A stretch of DNA of 64,000 nucleotides from Oscillospiraceae bacterium (lineage in GTDB: Bacteria; Bacillota; Clostridia; Oscillospirales; Ruminococcaceae). Positions 55,774-64,000 of this stretch are shown here, in pieces. The notes under the pieces were generated by a model that ran no database searches, was not told the DNA's origin, and saw only the letters and a list, made by a program, of their open reading frames with translations. The translations under genes were made by a program, and so were the position numbers. Position 1 is the first letter of the stretch. Every line of letters begins with the position of its first letter. The stretch covers positions 3,164-67,163 of the forward strand of contig CAAGEB010000007.1 in NCBI GenBank assembly GCA_900768705.1, written 5' to 3'.

Positions 55774-57108
55774 TCAGGCGAGTGGAGCAAAGTCGTTGGT
55801 ATCTATTTCAATAAATTCTTCGGGGACAGCAGCGATGGTATAAACATCGCAGGTAACTTCCTTGTCAAAATAAACCTCCTTGTCGGTTTTAACATAGAAT
55901 TCGTAATACGGAATAACCCCTGTTGAACCTGCCAAATTTCGGTAAATTAAATCTACTTTCAGGATTTCTGCATCTGCGGGCATTCTCTTTTTGTCATCGT
56001 ATTTGGTGGACTTCAGAATTGCCTCAGCCTGCTCTGCCGTCAAAACAGGATAGTCGCCGAGCTTTTCACAGTTCTCACCTGAGTAAATTCTTATCTGATT
56101 AATTGAATCGGGATTTTCAAAATCCGCAATAAATTCGATAGAATTAATCCAATAGTTCACAATCTGATCGGTGAGGTCGCAGCTGCTTTCGTAAATGGAA
56201 AAACCGCCTGAATTGAAATTCATTCCATTTCCGTATGCGGGCTTGCTGAACTTTGTCAACTCTTTGTAGTTATCTGCGAAATACTCAAATAGTTTAGCTT
56301 TGTCATTATCGGAAGTGTTTTGGTCAAGAGTGATGTTGTCGGGTAGTTTAATGGGTTCGTCAAACAGAATAGTTGTACAAAACGCTGTGTCCACTTGGAT
56401 AGTAATTCCGTCGGCTTTCGCTTTGACATAACTGCAACTCATTGTGCTGCGAATTATACGATTGATTTCCTTGTCAATTTCTTCATCTGCAGCACCTGCT
56501 TCTTTTCCGAGCTTGCGGTGATATTCAATCGTTTCTTCCATATCCTGAAAATTATCGGAGATTGTAAGCGAATCGGCGGGTATTCCAAGTGCTGTGGCTG
56601 CATCTCGTGCGAGGGCGTACATTTTGTCGAGATTAACAGTAAGTTCCGTTGAGTGGGACATATATACCGGCATTGTTTCGAGTATTTCGCCGTTCCAAGG
56701 ACCTCGAATTTCGAGTTCCGAATAATTGAAGTAATCCTCCTTACCTCCGCCCATACCGGTTATTTTATAATCATCGTCCGATATTTTCGGCAAGTTTTTG
56801 TATTTGCTGAAATCAAGCTCGGGCGGGTCTTTGGGGGTGGTATCAATGATAGTGGGTGATGTGTTGCTGTCGGTGATAGAGGAGCTTGTTGTGGAAGTAG
56901 AATTGGAATCGCTTGTGTCTATAACAGGCGGATTTTGCGTTGAATTGCGTCCTATCACTACCGCAATCAGTGCGGCGGCAGCTGCGGTTGCGGTTACTGA
57001 TGTGATTCCGATAAACCGCTTGTTCTTTTTGGCGGGAGTTTTGTCGGCGTCTTCGATAAGGTGGGGGTCTATATCCGAGATTTTTTCAAGAAGTCTGTTT
57101 TTGTCCAT
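55774..57108 (-). CDS. putative anti-sigma factor: single-pass membrane protein with a ~330-aa extracytoplasmic domain
   Basis: Starts 16 nt after the sigma-factor stop. Short cytoplasmic N-terminus, TM helix (ITSVTATAAAAALIAVVI), Ser/Thr-rich linker, then a domain of unknown fold. Confidence 0.55.
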   Translation of the reverse strand: MDKNRLLEKISDIDPHLIEDADKTPAKKNKRFIGITSVTATAAAAALIAVVIGRNSTQNPPVIDTSDSNSTSTTSSSITDSNTSPTIIDTTPKDPPELDFSKYKNLPKISDDDYKITGMGGGKEDYFNYSELEIRGPWNGEILETMPVYMSHSTELTVNLDKMYALARDAATALGIPADSLTISDNFQDMEETIEYHRKLGKEAGAADEEIDKEINRIIRSTMSCSYVKAKADGITIQVDTAFCTTILFDEPIKLPDNITLDQNTSDNDKAKLFEYFADNYKELTKFSKPAYGNGMNFNSGGFSIYESSCDLTDQIVNYWINSIEFIADFENPDSINQIRIYSGENCEKLGDYPVLTAEQAEAILKSTKYDDKKRMPADAEILKVDLIYRNLAGSTGVIPYYEFYVKTDKEVYFDKEVTCDVYTIAAVPEEFIEIDTNDFAPLA

Positions 57109-57124
57109 AGTAATACCTCTGCTT

Positions 57125-57685
57125 TCATACTTCAATGCCTTGTTCTTCGAGGAATTCACGAAGTTCGGCTCTCATTCTGAACAGTGTGGTTTTCACATTG
57201 CTCTCCGATAAATCGAATCGATTTGCAATATTGCTTATCGAATCCAGATACCAATATCGGCGAATGAAAATATTGCGTTTGTCTTCCGACTTTGAGAAAA
57301 GGAATTTGTTCAGAAGCTCCACCAGTAGGCTTTCATTGGTTTCTTCCTCAACGCTGCTTTTGGACGGCAGACATTCCTCCATCTCGTTAGTGAGTTCAAC
57401 GAGTATTGCACCTCGTTTGAGGGCGGAGCGTTCCCGGCATATCGATAGGGAGAGATTTCTTGCGATACGAGCCAGATAAGCGAATAGGTAAGCGGCGGGA
57501 TTGGTTGGGGGAATGGTTTCCCATGCTTTAAGATATGTGTCGTTTTCCACCTCCTCTGCTGTGGACTCACTGCCTGTGATATTTTTGGAAATTCTGATGA
57601 TACGCTTGCCGAATTTGCGTTGAGTTTGCCGAATGGCGTTTTCATCACGCTTTAAGTACAGTTCAACAATTTGCCTGTCGTCCAT
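57125..57685 (-). CDS. ECF-type sigma-70 family RNA polymerase sigma factor
   Basis: Region 2 (..AEEVENDTYLKAWE..) and region 4 HTH (ISNIANRFDLSESNVKTTLFRMR). ATG 57685 follows AAAGGAAA. Confidence 0.85.
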   Translation of the reverse strand: MDDRQIVELYLKRDENAIRQTQRKFGKRIIRISKNITGSESTAEEVENDTYLKAWETIPPTNPAAYLFAYLARIARNLSLSICRERSALKRGAILVELTNEMEECLPSKSSVEEETNESLLVELLNKFLFSKSEDKRNIFIRRYWYLDSISNIANRFDLSESNVKTTLFRMRAELREFLEEQGIEV

Positions 57686-57926
57686 TACTGTTAATTTCCT
57701 TTCGTCAAAAGTTGCGGAAAATATTAACATTAATATTTAAGGAACGCCGCACAATTTACGGCTAAAGCCTTTGCCGCCGGTTTCCCTATATTGCGGTGCT
57801 GCCTTAGAGGATTTTTGTGTCCTCACCCTAAATAACGCAATTCAACGAGGCGCGGTTACATTTATGAGAGAATTTGTAAAATTTCATAAGAACAGCCTCA
57901 GAAATGACTTTTCCGAAAAGACATAT

Positions 57927-57967
57927 ACCGCCCCCCGCATTCCGTTTCGAGGATGCAAGGGGGCGGT
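57927..57967 (-). terminator. terminator-like hairpin after the MCP gene
   Basis: ACCGCCCCC / GGGGGCGGT 9-bp stem with a structured loop and a weak T tail. Confidence 0.45.
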
Positions 57968-58008
57968 AATCATTATCTTAACGCTTTACAGAAACAGGAT
58001 AATTCCCA

Positions 58009-60003
58009 TTACAGTGTGATTTCGGCAGCAGCCTCACTTTCATCGTCGGTGAGCTTAAAGCGGCTTACAAGTGTTTTAAGCGAAGTGGCTTCGGCGTAAA
58101 GCTGCTGAGAAGCTGCCGCACTTTCTTCCGCAGTGGAGGAATTGCTGCTGATCGCCTCTGAAATCAGGTCAAAGCCCTGGGTCATTTGTCCCAGCATTTC
58201 CGTTTGCTGTGAAGAAGCGTCCGCAATTCCGGACATAATTTTCTCAACCTGAGAAGTGCGCTCTTCAACGCCCATAACGGATTCATAGGTTTTTGCTGCA
58301 ATGTCGGTTCCGTTTTCAACAGCGGAAATAGTTTTGTTGATAAGCTCGGTGGTGTTGTGCGCCGCTTCTGCTGATTTGGTGGCAAGATTGCGAACCTCAT
58401 CGGCAACCACCGCAAAGCCCTTGCCTGCTTCTCCCGCTCTTGCCGCTTCAATTGCTGCGTTAAGAGCAAGAATGTTTGTCTGGAATGCAATATCTTCGAT
58501 TGTCTTGATAATCTTGTCAATTTCGTTGGAGGCATTGGTGATTTCCGTCATTGCGGTCTTGAGGTTTTCCATTTCGCTGACCACATCTTCTACGCATTGA
58601 GCGGTTTCGGTTACGATTACATTGCCTCGGCTGCAATTATCTGCGGTTTCGGAAACCATTGAGGAAATATTGTGGACCGTGGCGGTAAGCTCTTCAAAGG
58701 AAGCAGACTGGGACTGGGTGTTATCGGACATTGTTCCCGCGCCTTCAGATACGGTCTTTGAACCATCCGATACCTGATCGGAGGATTCGCTTATCATAAT
58801 AAGCGCATCTCTGAGGTCTGTCTTGATTTTCTGTATTGCCGTGAATATTTCGCTGAATTTTCCGGGATAGGCATCTTCGCCTATGGCGGAATTTACTCCG
58901 AAATTGCCCTGCGACATTTCCGACAGCTGATAATCCGTATCTCCGATAATGGATCCCATTCCGTTTACAAGAGATTCGGCAGCACCGGCAAGAATTTTGG
59001 TTTCTTCGTAAGTGCCGGGATCGGGAACGGGGGAAGTGAAATCTCCCTGTGCCAGTGCGTTAAGTCTATCGGCGCAGTTCTTGATAGGCTTGGTAATTCT
59101 TCCGGAAACTCCTGCGGAGCGGATAAATGTGACGATAATTGCGAGAATAACAAAAACCATTCCCACCAGTGCTATGATATAAAGAGTGGTGGTGAAATCC
59201 ATCTGACGGACGCTAAGAGCCAGCGACCAGCCGTTGGTACCCTCAATGGGACGGTAACTGGTGGTGTACAGCGAGTTGTTGATGAAGCAGTCCTTCGTAC
59301 CCGTGCCGCCCGCCATCATATCCGCATGAATACTGCTCAGAGCGTCGTTTCCGGTGTCGTCAATCTTTGTAAGAACCATATCCGGGCTGGAATGGGCAAG
59401 TATTGTGCCGTCGTTTCCGAGAATGTATGCAAAGCAGTTTTCATTTATCTGAATTTGCTTCATTATATTGTCGAGAAAGTGATCGGGAGCGATGAAGTAG
59501 GTGCAGCCGATAGGAGTTGTGCCGTATTCGCCGTTTTCCCACAGCGGAGCGGCAACAATTTCAATGGTTTCTCCGGTGGGCTTTGAAATTGTAGGCTCTA
59601 AGATACACTTATTGCCCTTCATTGCTTCCTGGAAATACCGTCTTTCGTTGAAATCCTTGCCCTCGGTTATTTCAAAGCCGTCGGCTTTAACCATATTTCC
59701 GCGCTTCATACCGTGCTGTTGGGCAAGCTCGGTCAGGATTTTCAGCTTTTCTTCGTCGGTAAGGTCGGGGGAGGCAAGCTCCTTATTCATTCCTGCGGCT
59801 TCCGAATAGGACAGAATGGTTTCAAATTCAGAAGACACATAATCCGAGGCTATGCTTGTCATTATCGTAATATCTTTGTTTACATTTGCAATTGTGGATT
59901 GATATGTAGCCACGGATGTGAAAATCAGAAGAGCCAGAAGAGGTACAAGCACCATAGTCAATACTAATCTGATTATTCGTTTGTTAATAGTCTTTTTCTT
60001 CAT
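58009..60003 (-). CDS. methyl-accepting chemotaxis protein with a dCache-type sensor
   Basis: TM1, ~270-aa periplasmic Cache-like domain, TM2, HAMP, and a signalling domain with the conserved hairpin ([39 protein letters not shown]). Confidence 0.92.
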   Translation of the reverse strand: MKKKTINKRIIRLVLTMVLVPLLALLIFTSVATYQSTIANVNKDITIMTSIASDYVSSEFETILSYSEAAGMNKELASPDLTDEEKLKILTELAQQHGMKRGNMVKADGFEITEGKDFNERRYFQEAMKGNKCILEPTISKPTGETIEIVAAPLWENGEYGTTPIGCTYFIAPDHFLDNIMKQIQINENCFAYILGNDGTILAHSSPDMVLTKIDDTGNDALSSIHADMMAGGTGTKDCFINNSLYTTSYRPIEGTNGWSLALSVRQMDFTTTLYIIALVGMVFVILAIIVTFIRSAGVSGRITKPIKNCADRLNALAQGDFTSPVPDPGTYEETKILAGAAESLVNGMGSIIGDTDYQLSEMSQGNFGVNSAIGEDAYPGKFSEIFTAIQKIKTDLRDALIMISESSDQVSDGSKTVSEGAGTMSDNTQSQSASFEELTATVHNISSMVSETADNCSRGNVIVTETAQCVEDVVSEMENLKTAMTEITNASNEIDKIIKTIEDIAFQTNILALNAAIEAARAGEAGKGFAVVADEVRNLATKSAEAAHNTTELINKTISAVENGTDIAAKTYESVMGVEERTSQVEKIMSGIADASSQQTEMLGQMTQGFDLISEAISSNSSTAEESAAASQQLYAEATSLKTLVSRFKLTDDESEAAAEITL

Positions 60004-60038
60004 TGATTATGATCCTCCTGTCGATAATGTTAATATAA

Positions 60039-60067
60039 ATTATATATAAGTTACACATATATGTCAA
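60039..60067 (-). promoter_or_regulatory. sigma-A promoter of the MCP gene
   Basis: On the minus strand: TTGACA (60067-60062), 17 nt, TATAAT (60044-60039). Confidence 0.6.
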
Positions 60068-60198
60068 TATATTTTAAAAATTTATGTATAATATCAACAA
60101 AAAATATATTGCGCAGTTGGTGAATTGGCAGATAAGCATATTTTACTAATCGACATTGTGTGAAATAATGTGCAGAATTTGCAAAGGGTCTGCGGATA

Positions 60199-60227
60199 TT
60201 GCATTTTTGGCAAATATATGTTATAAT
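60199..60227 (+). promoter_or_regulatory. sigma-A promoter of the SUFU-like gene
   Basis: TTGCAT (60199-60204), 17 nt, TATAAT (60222-60227). Confidence 0.6.
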
Positions 60228-60263
60228 AAACGCAAAGCTTATTATAGATTGAATTGCAAGGCA
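60223..60263 (+). repeat. promoter-proximal hairpin module, copy Y
   Basis: ATAATAA-ACGCAAAGC-TTATTAT followed by AGATTGAATTGCAAGGCA. Aligns to 43338-43380. Confidence 0.6.
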
Positions 60264-60342
60264 TTTCGATTTGCCCCGGGCATTGTTTGTCGGCTAATCG
60301 GCAGAAATCGATACAGAATTTTTTGGACTGACGGAGTATAAT

Positions 60343-62445
60343 ATGAACATTAACAAAGAAGAGCTTATTTCTCAATTGAACGAATGGAGCGAGAACGGCG
60401 AGGATGAAATTATAGTCAAAACGATTCTTGCTGTGCCGGAAGACAGTATTGATGATGAATTGCTCATGTATCTTGCGGAAAGCTATGTGAATACCGAGGA
60501 ATACAAAAAGGCTATCGCCGTGCTTGAGGGAATGCGCAGCCGCAGAGAAAATGATTACGGCTGGCAGTTCTGTATGGGGCGGGCATTGTATTTTGCTTCA
60601 CTGGACGAGGAATGCGAGAACGACGAAACTCTCCGTCAGAATATTCTCGACCGTGCAAAGGTTTCCATTGCCCGTACAATGAGCATGAATCCCCCCGATG
60701 ATATACTGGAAGCGGCGGACGAGTTTTCCGAGCTTATAGAAATGGCAATTCGGGGAGAGTATCCCGATGAGGACGCTTTTGACGGGGAATACGGGGAAGA
60801 TGAAGAGGAAGAAAGTCGGTTCGGCGAAGATGTTGAGCTGTATGACGAGGATGAAATTGATGCGGTAGAGGAGCATTTGCAGGAATATTTTGGTGAATTT
60901 CCCACTGTTTTTCACGAAATTGTTTCTCCGGATATCCACTGTGATGTATATGTAATTTCTCCCACAGAGGAGAATAACTTCTATACCCTCTGCACGGTGG
61001 GAATGGGAGCGCATATTATGTCGCTTCCCGACGAGCTGGATCCTGCCGAGTTCGGCAGAGCGGAGCTTTTTATCACTCTGCCCCCCGATTGGAAAGTGGG
61101 AGAGAACTCCGACGAGTGGTTCTGGCCGGTGGGACTGATAAAGGGACTTGCAAGACTGCCCATAAGGTGCGATACATGGCTTGGCTGGGGACATACCGTT
61201 GACAATCAGAATACCTTTGCGGAAAATACCGGGCTTTGCGGTTCGGTTTTGGCAAATCCGGTTTTACACGGCAAGGACGCTGCCGAATGCGTTCTTCCCA
61301 ACGGAGATAAGGTTAATTTCTATCAGGTTGTTCCCATTTACCGTGAGGAAATGGAATATAAGATAGATCATCGTGCCGAGGAGCTTTTCAAGCTGTTCGA
61401 GGAACAGGCGATAAGCCCCGTTGTGGATATAAACCGTCCCTGCGTCTGCACCGATTATATTTCCCGTAAGCCTGCTCCTATTGACTGCGTTTCCGATCAC
61501 AGCAGAAAAATCGCAGATAAAAACCTTCCGTTGGACGAAATCAACGGCGCAAATCACATTGCAATTTTTATGCGATGGTGTATTGAACATAATCTGGTGG
61601 CATATCAGTTCTATGAGAACTGCGGCGATGTTGCAAAGGGAGTTCTGGACGGCACAAATACCGACATCAGGCAGTTTATAATCGATTATTTTGACGGCAG
61701 GCTGGAAATGTATCAGCTGAGCTATGTGGGAGCGTCATTCTGCCGTTTCTACTACGACTGGAATGAGGACGACCCGGATTTCTTCTATCCCAGAGATGTG
61801 GACAGCTATGCGGAAAGCTACTTCGGTACAGAGAAATACAACAGCGAAGAATTCAAGGACGAAGCGTACCTTTTTGTACCCTTTGACGAGGAATATTACA
61901 AGGGTATGTGCGTATATATAGACAAGGCTTTTGAGGTTTTCTACAGAGATTTTACGAATTATCAGAACAGTCGGAATGAGCCTTTGTTCAGGACTGCGGA
62001 GGATATGCTGGGGTGCCGCTGCATTTTACCCGCTGAACCGGAAAGGCTTGCATCCGCTTATCTTGAAGCGACGGAGAAGAAGGATACTTTTCCTCTGCTG
62101 CTGATTATTGACGACGACGGAACCGTATCGGATGAGGGAAGCCTGTCAGATATGCTGTACGATGCCTCCGAGCCTTATCTCACCGCAGTGACGATTGCGG
62201 AGTTTCCCTGTTCCGGTATTGAGGAAACGACGGTTCGGCTTAGCAGAATTTTCGGCTCGGAAAAACCCATTCTTATCGAATCGGAGGATATCAAGGCTGC
62301 CGACGAAAGGCTCTTTAACAAGTTCGGGACAGCTCACTCGGCGGTGCTTTCCTTCGACGAAGAATCGGTAAGAATATTTATCAGCTGCGGCGGAGGTCGG
62401 TATTGCGGCTTTGAAGAGCCAAATACCGCAAAGGAAACGGAATAA
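60343..62445 (+). CDS. multi-domain SUFU-like (suppressor-of-fused family) protein, immunity-protein-like
   Basis: Helical N-terminal repeats and an acidic linker. The SUFU-type core runs FPTVFHEIVSPDIHCDVYVISP..FYTLCTVGMG..RAELFITLP..WPVGLIKGLARLP..GWGHTV. Two further C-terminal domains follow. Confidence 0.6.
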   Translation: MNINKEELISQLNEWSENGEDEIIVKTILAVPEDSIDDELLMYLAESYVNTEEYKKAIAVLEGMRSRRENDYGWQFCMGRALYFASLDEECENDETLRQNILDRAKVSIARTMSMNPPDDILEAADEFSELIEMAIRGEYPDEDAFDGEYGEDEEEESRFGEDVELYDEDEIDAVEEHLQEYFGEFPTVFHEIVSPDIHCDVYVISPTEENNFYTLCTVGMGAHIMSLPDELDPAEFGRAELFITLPPDWKVGENSDEWFWPVGLIKGLARLPIRCDTWLGWGHTVDNQNTFAENTGLCGSVLANPVLHGKDAAECVLPNGDKVNFYQVVPIYREEMEYKIDHRAEELFKLFEEQAISPVVDINRPCVCTDYISRKPAPIDCVSDHSRKIADKNLPLDEINGANHIAIFMRWCIEHNLVAYQFYENCGDVAKGVLDGTNTDIRQFIIDYFDGRLEMYQLSYVGASFCRFYYDWNEDDPDFFYPRDVDSYAESYFGTEKYNSEEFKDEAYLFVPFDEEYYKGMCVYIDKAFEVFYRDFTNYQNSRNEPLFRTAEDMLGCRCILPAEPERLASAYLEATEKKDTFPLLLIIDDDGTVSDEGSLSDMLYDASEPYLTAVTIAEFPCSGIEETTVRLSRIFGSEKPILIESEDIKAADERLFNKFGTAHSAVLSFDEESVRIFISCGGGRYCGFEEPNTAKETE

Positions 62446-62530
62446 ACGGATATTGGTTTTCTGAAAGGATACTTTTTCAAAAAGACGGGAATATTTCCGT
62501 GCGAAAAAACATTAATCGGGAGGTGAGAAG

Positions 62531-63310
62531 ATGATGCGGAATAAACTGTTGGCGGCGGTTTTGATTTCTGTTGTAATGCTGGCAGGGTGCGGCTATTCGG
62601 AGGAAAACTATATGCCCGCCGATGAGGACAATGGGATAAGCTCGGGAAAGCGTGAGCCGATAACGGATTCGGCAGTCGGCACTATTCAGCCGATGGAAAG
62701 CAGTACTGTGATCGTCAGCGAAGCAGATTTGCAGTTTTCCTCCGTCTCGTCATCTTCATCGCCTTCCGCTGTAACGGAAGAAGAACCGGATTTCCTGCTG
62801 AGAAATGTCTATTCCGAGGGGAAATCCTATCGTGTGGGAATAAGCGGCGAGCCGGACGAAAACGGTTCGTATAAGACTATTACCCTGGAGCTTTTTTCGG
62901 GAAACAGGAAAATAGACCGGCTTGAGGTTGAGGTTCCGCAGGGGGACAGGGTGCTGATTATGGAGAGTACCGAGGAAAATCGTACTTATGGCTGTGAGCT
63001 GATTTCCAATATGCAGGAATTTGCCGCAGAAGAAATTCCCGATATTGTGGCGGTGGATTTTTACAGGGAGTCGGATATTGAGATACCCCAGTATGAACGA
63101 TTTTTTGCTGTCTTTGACGACAAGCTTACCGAGCTTGATATATACGAGAACGGAAAGCCCGCAAAGCCGGTGGGAACTCATCTGGAAATGAAAAGCGCAG
63201 GGGTTATGACTCAGAAGCTCTGCGTTTCGGGTGCAACGGAATATATGGTTGTTCGGTACAGGTATGTTTTTGATACCGGGAACAAAAGACTTGTAAGAAG
63301 CGAGTATTGA
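62531..63310 (+). CDS. lipoprotein, function unknown
   Basis: Signal peptide with lipobox VMLAGC, then a Ser-rich linker. Confidence 0.7.
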   Translation: MMRNKLLAAVLISVVMLAGCGYSEENYMPADEDNGISSGKREPITDSAVGTIQPMESSTVIVSEADLQFSSVSSSSSPSAVTEEEPDFLLRNVYSEGKSYRVGISGEPDENGSYKTITLELFSGNRKIDRLEVEVPQGDRVLIMESTEENRTYGCELISNMQEFAAEEIPDIVAVDFYRESDIEIPQYERFFAVFDDKLTELDIYENGKPAKPVGTHLEMKSAGVMTQKLCVSGATEYMVVRYRYVFDTGNKRLVRSEY

Positions 63311-63323
63311 CGAGGGATGAATT

Positions 63324-63911
63324 ATGTCGGAAAAGGAAGAATTTATTGAAATATATAAAAGTAAAATAAAGCGGGAGGGTGCGGACAAGCTGCTGGATTT
63401 TCTGGAGAATAAAAGTGATTTTTTCACCGCCCCCGCAAGCACCCGTTTTCACAATTCGTTTGAAGGGGGGCTTCTCCGCCATTCTCTCAATGTTTATCGG
63501 TGTCTTACCGCATATCTTGAAAGAGAAAGAGTCCGTAACGAATATAAGCTTACCGCTTCGGAGGAGACAGCGGCGGTTGTAGCTCTGCTCCATGATGTGT
63601 GCAAGGTAAACTGCTATAAGGTTTCCTACCGCAACGCCAAGAACGAGGAGACGGGGCAGTGGGAAAAGGTTCCGTATTATACCATAAACGATACTCTTCC
63701 CTACGGTCACGGCGAAAAAAGCGTGTATATGGTAAGCGGCTTTATGCGGCTTTCTCGGGAAGAGGCTATGGCTATACGCTGGCACATGGGCTTTTCCGGA
63801 ACAGAGGATAAGAATTTGATAGGCAGGGCGTTGGAGAAATATCCTCTTGCCTTTGCGCTGTCCGTGGCTGATATGGAAGCAAGCTATTTCCTTGAGGGTT
63901 CGGAGGAATAA
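63324..63911 (+). CDS. HD-domain phosphohydrolase
   Basis: ASTRFHNSFEGGLLRHSLNV..ALLHDVCK..YGHGEKS pattern (H..HD..H ligands). Confidence 0.75.
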   Translation: MSEKEEFIEIYKSKIKREGADKLLDFLENKSDFFTAPASTRFHNSFEGGLLRHSLNVYRCLTAYLERERVRNEYKLTASEETAAVVALLHDVCKVNCYKVSYRNAKNEETGQWEKVPYYTINDTLPYGHGEKSVYMVSGFMRLSREEAMAIRWHMGFSGTEDKNLIGRALEKYPLAFALSVADMEASYFLEGSEE

Positions 63912-64000
63912 TCCGTTTCCAAAAAACGGTTGAATTTACCAAAGAATTATGCTATAATGTAATAAGCGCCGCATAATTAACGGCAAAAATCCCGCGGTGC

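Noticed and set aside
60107-60135. GCGCAGTTGGTGAATTGGCAGATAAGCA resembles the acceptor/D-arm start of a tRNA-Leu.
   Set aside because: The D-stem cannot close (GTG versus TAA), and no anticodon arm or T-arm follows. It is probably chance or a highly decayed fragment.
62531-63911. The HD-domain hydrolase and lipoprotein as the edge of a prophage or genomic island.
   Set aside because: No integrase, att repeat, or phage structural or replication genes are visible before the window ends.

Overview
This window is the replication-origin neighbourhood of a Firmicutes/Clostridia-type chromosome (GGAGG-type ribosome-binding sites, frequent TTG/GTG starts, and the Bacillus/Clostridium marker genes remB, noc, ricT and darA). 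The core is a bipartite oriC flanking dnaA, followed by dnaA-dnaN-yaaA-recF-remB-gyrB-(YcxB-like)-gyrA. Unusually, mnmG-rsmG-noc-soj-spo0J-serS follow on the same strand. After these come a MacB-type ABC pair whose 1179-aa FtsX permease carries a ~380-aa coiled coil, and an AstE/AspA-family enzyme. Left of the origin are a DtxR-type regulator, an MBL hydrolase, an alanine/Na+ symporter with an insertion, an O-antigen-ligase-like protein, an SPFH-RHH-SdpI operon and a Y-family polymerase/YolD pair. The right part (32-64 kb) mixes carbohydrate genes (GH27, GlgP, GH13) and the darA-holB-ricT block. It also holds a 2x[4Fe-4S] ferredoxin that is missing from the ORF track, an ABC-2 exporter, and a FliK-like/FlhB-C-terminal pair divergent from cheA-cheW-cheR-cheB. 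Further right are rny, preQ1-riboswitch-queT, an ECF sigma/anti-sigma pair, a dCache MCP, a 700-aa SUFU-like fusion protein, a lipoprotein and an HD hydrolase. I found no rRNA or tRNA genes, CRISPR arrays, transposases, integrases or recognisable defence genes. I do not see a convincing new multi-gene system. The most interesting unexplained signals are non-coding: a three-copy dispersed intergenic repeat, a stack of perfect triloop hairpins, a promoter-proximal hairpin module shared by two unrelated genes with a compensatory base change, and a GC-rich tRNA-like structured element. Many ORF-track starts were trimmed to the first start codon that has a Shine-Dalgarno site. All motif calls were made by eye and have not been checked against any database.
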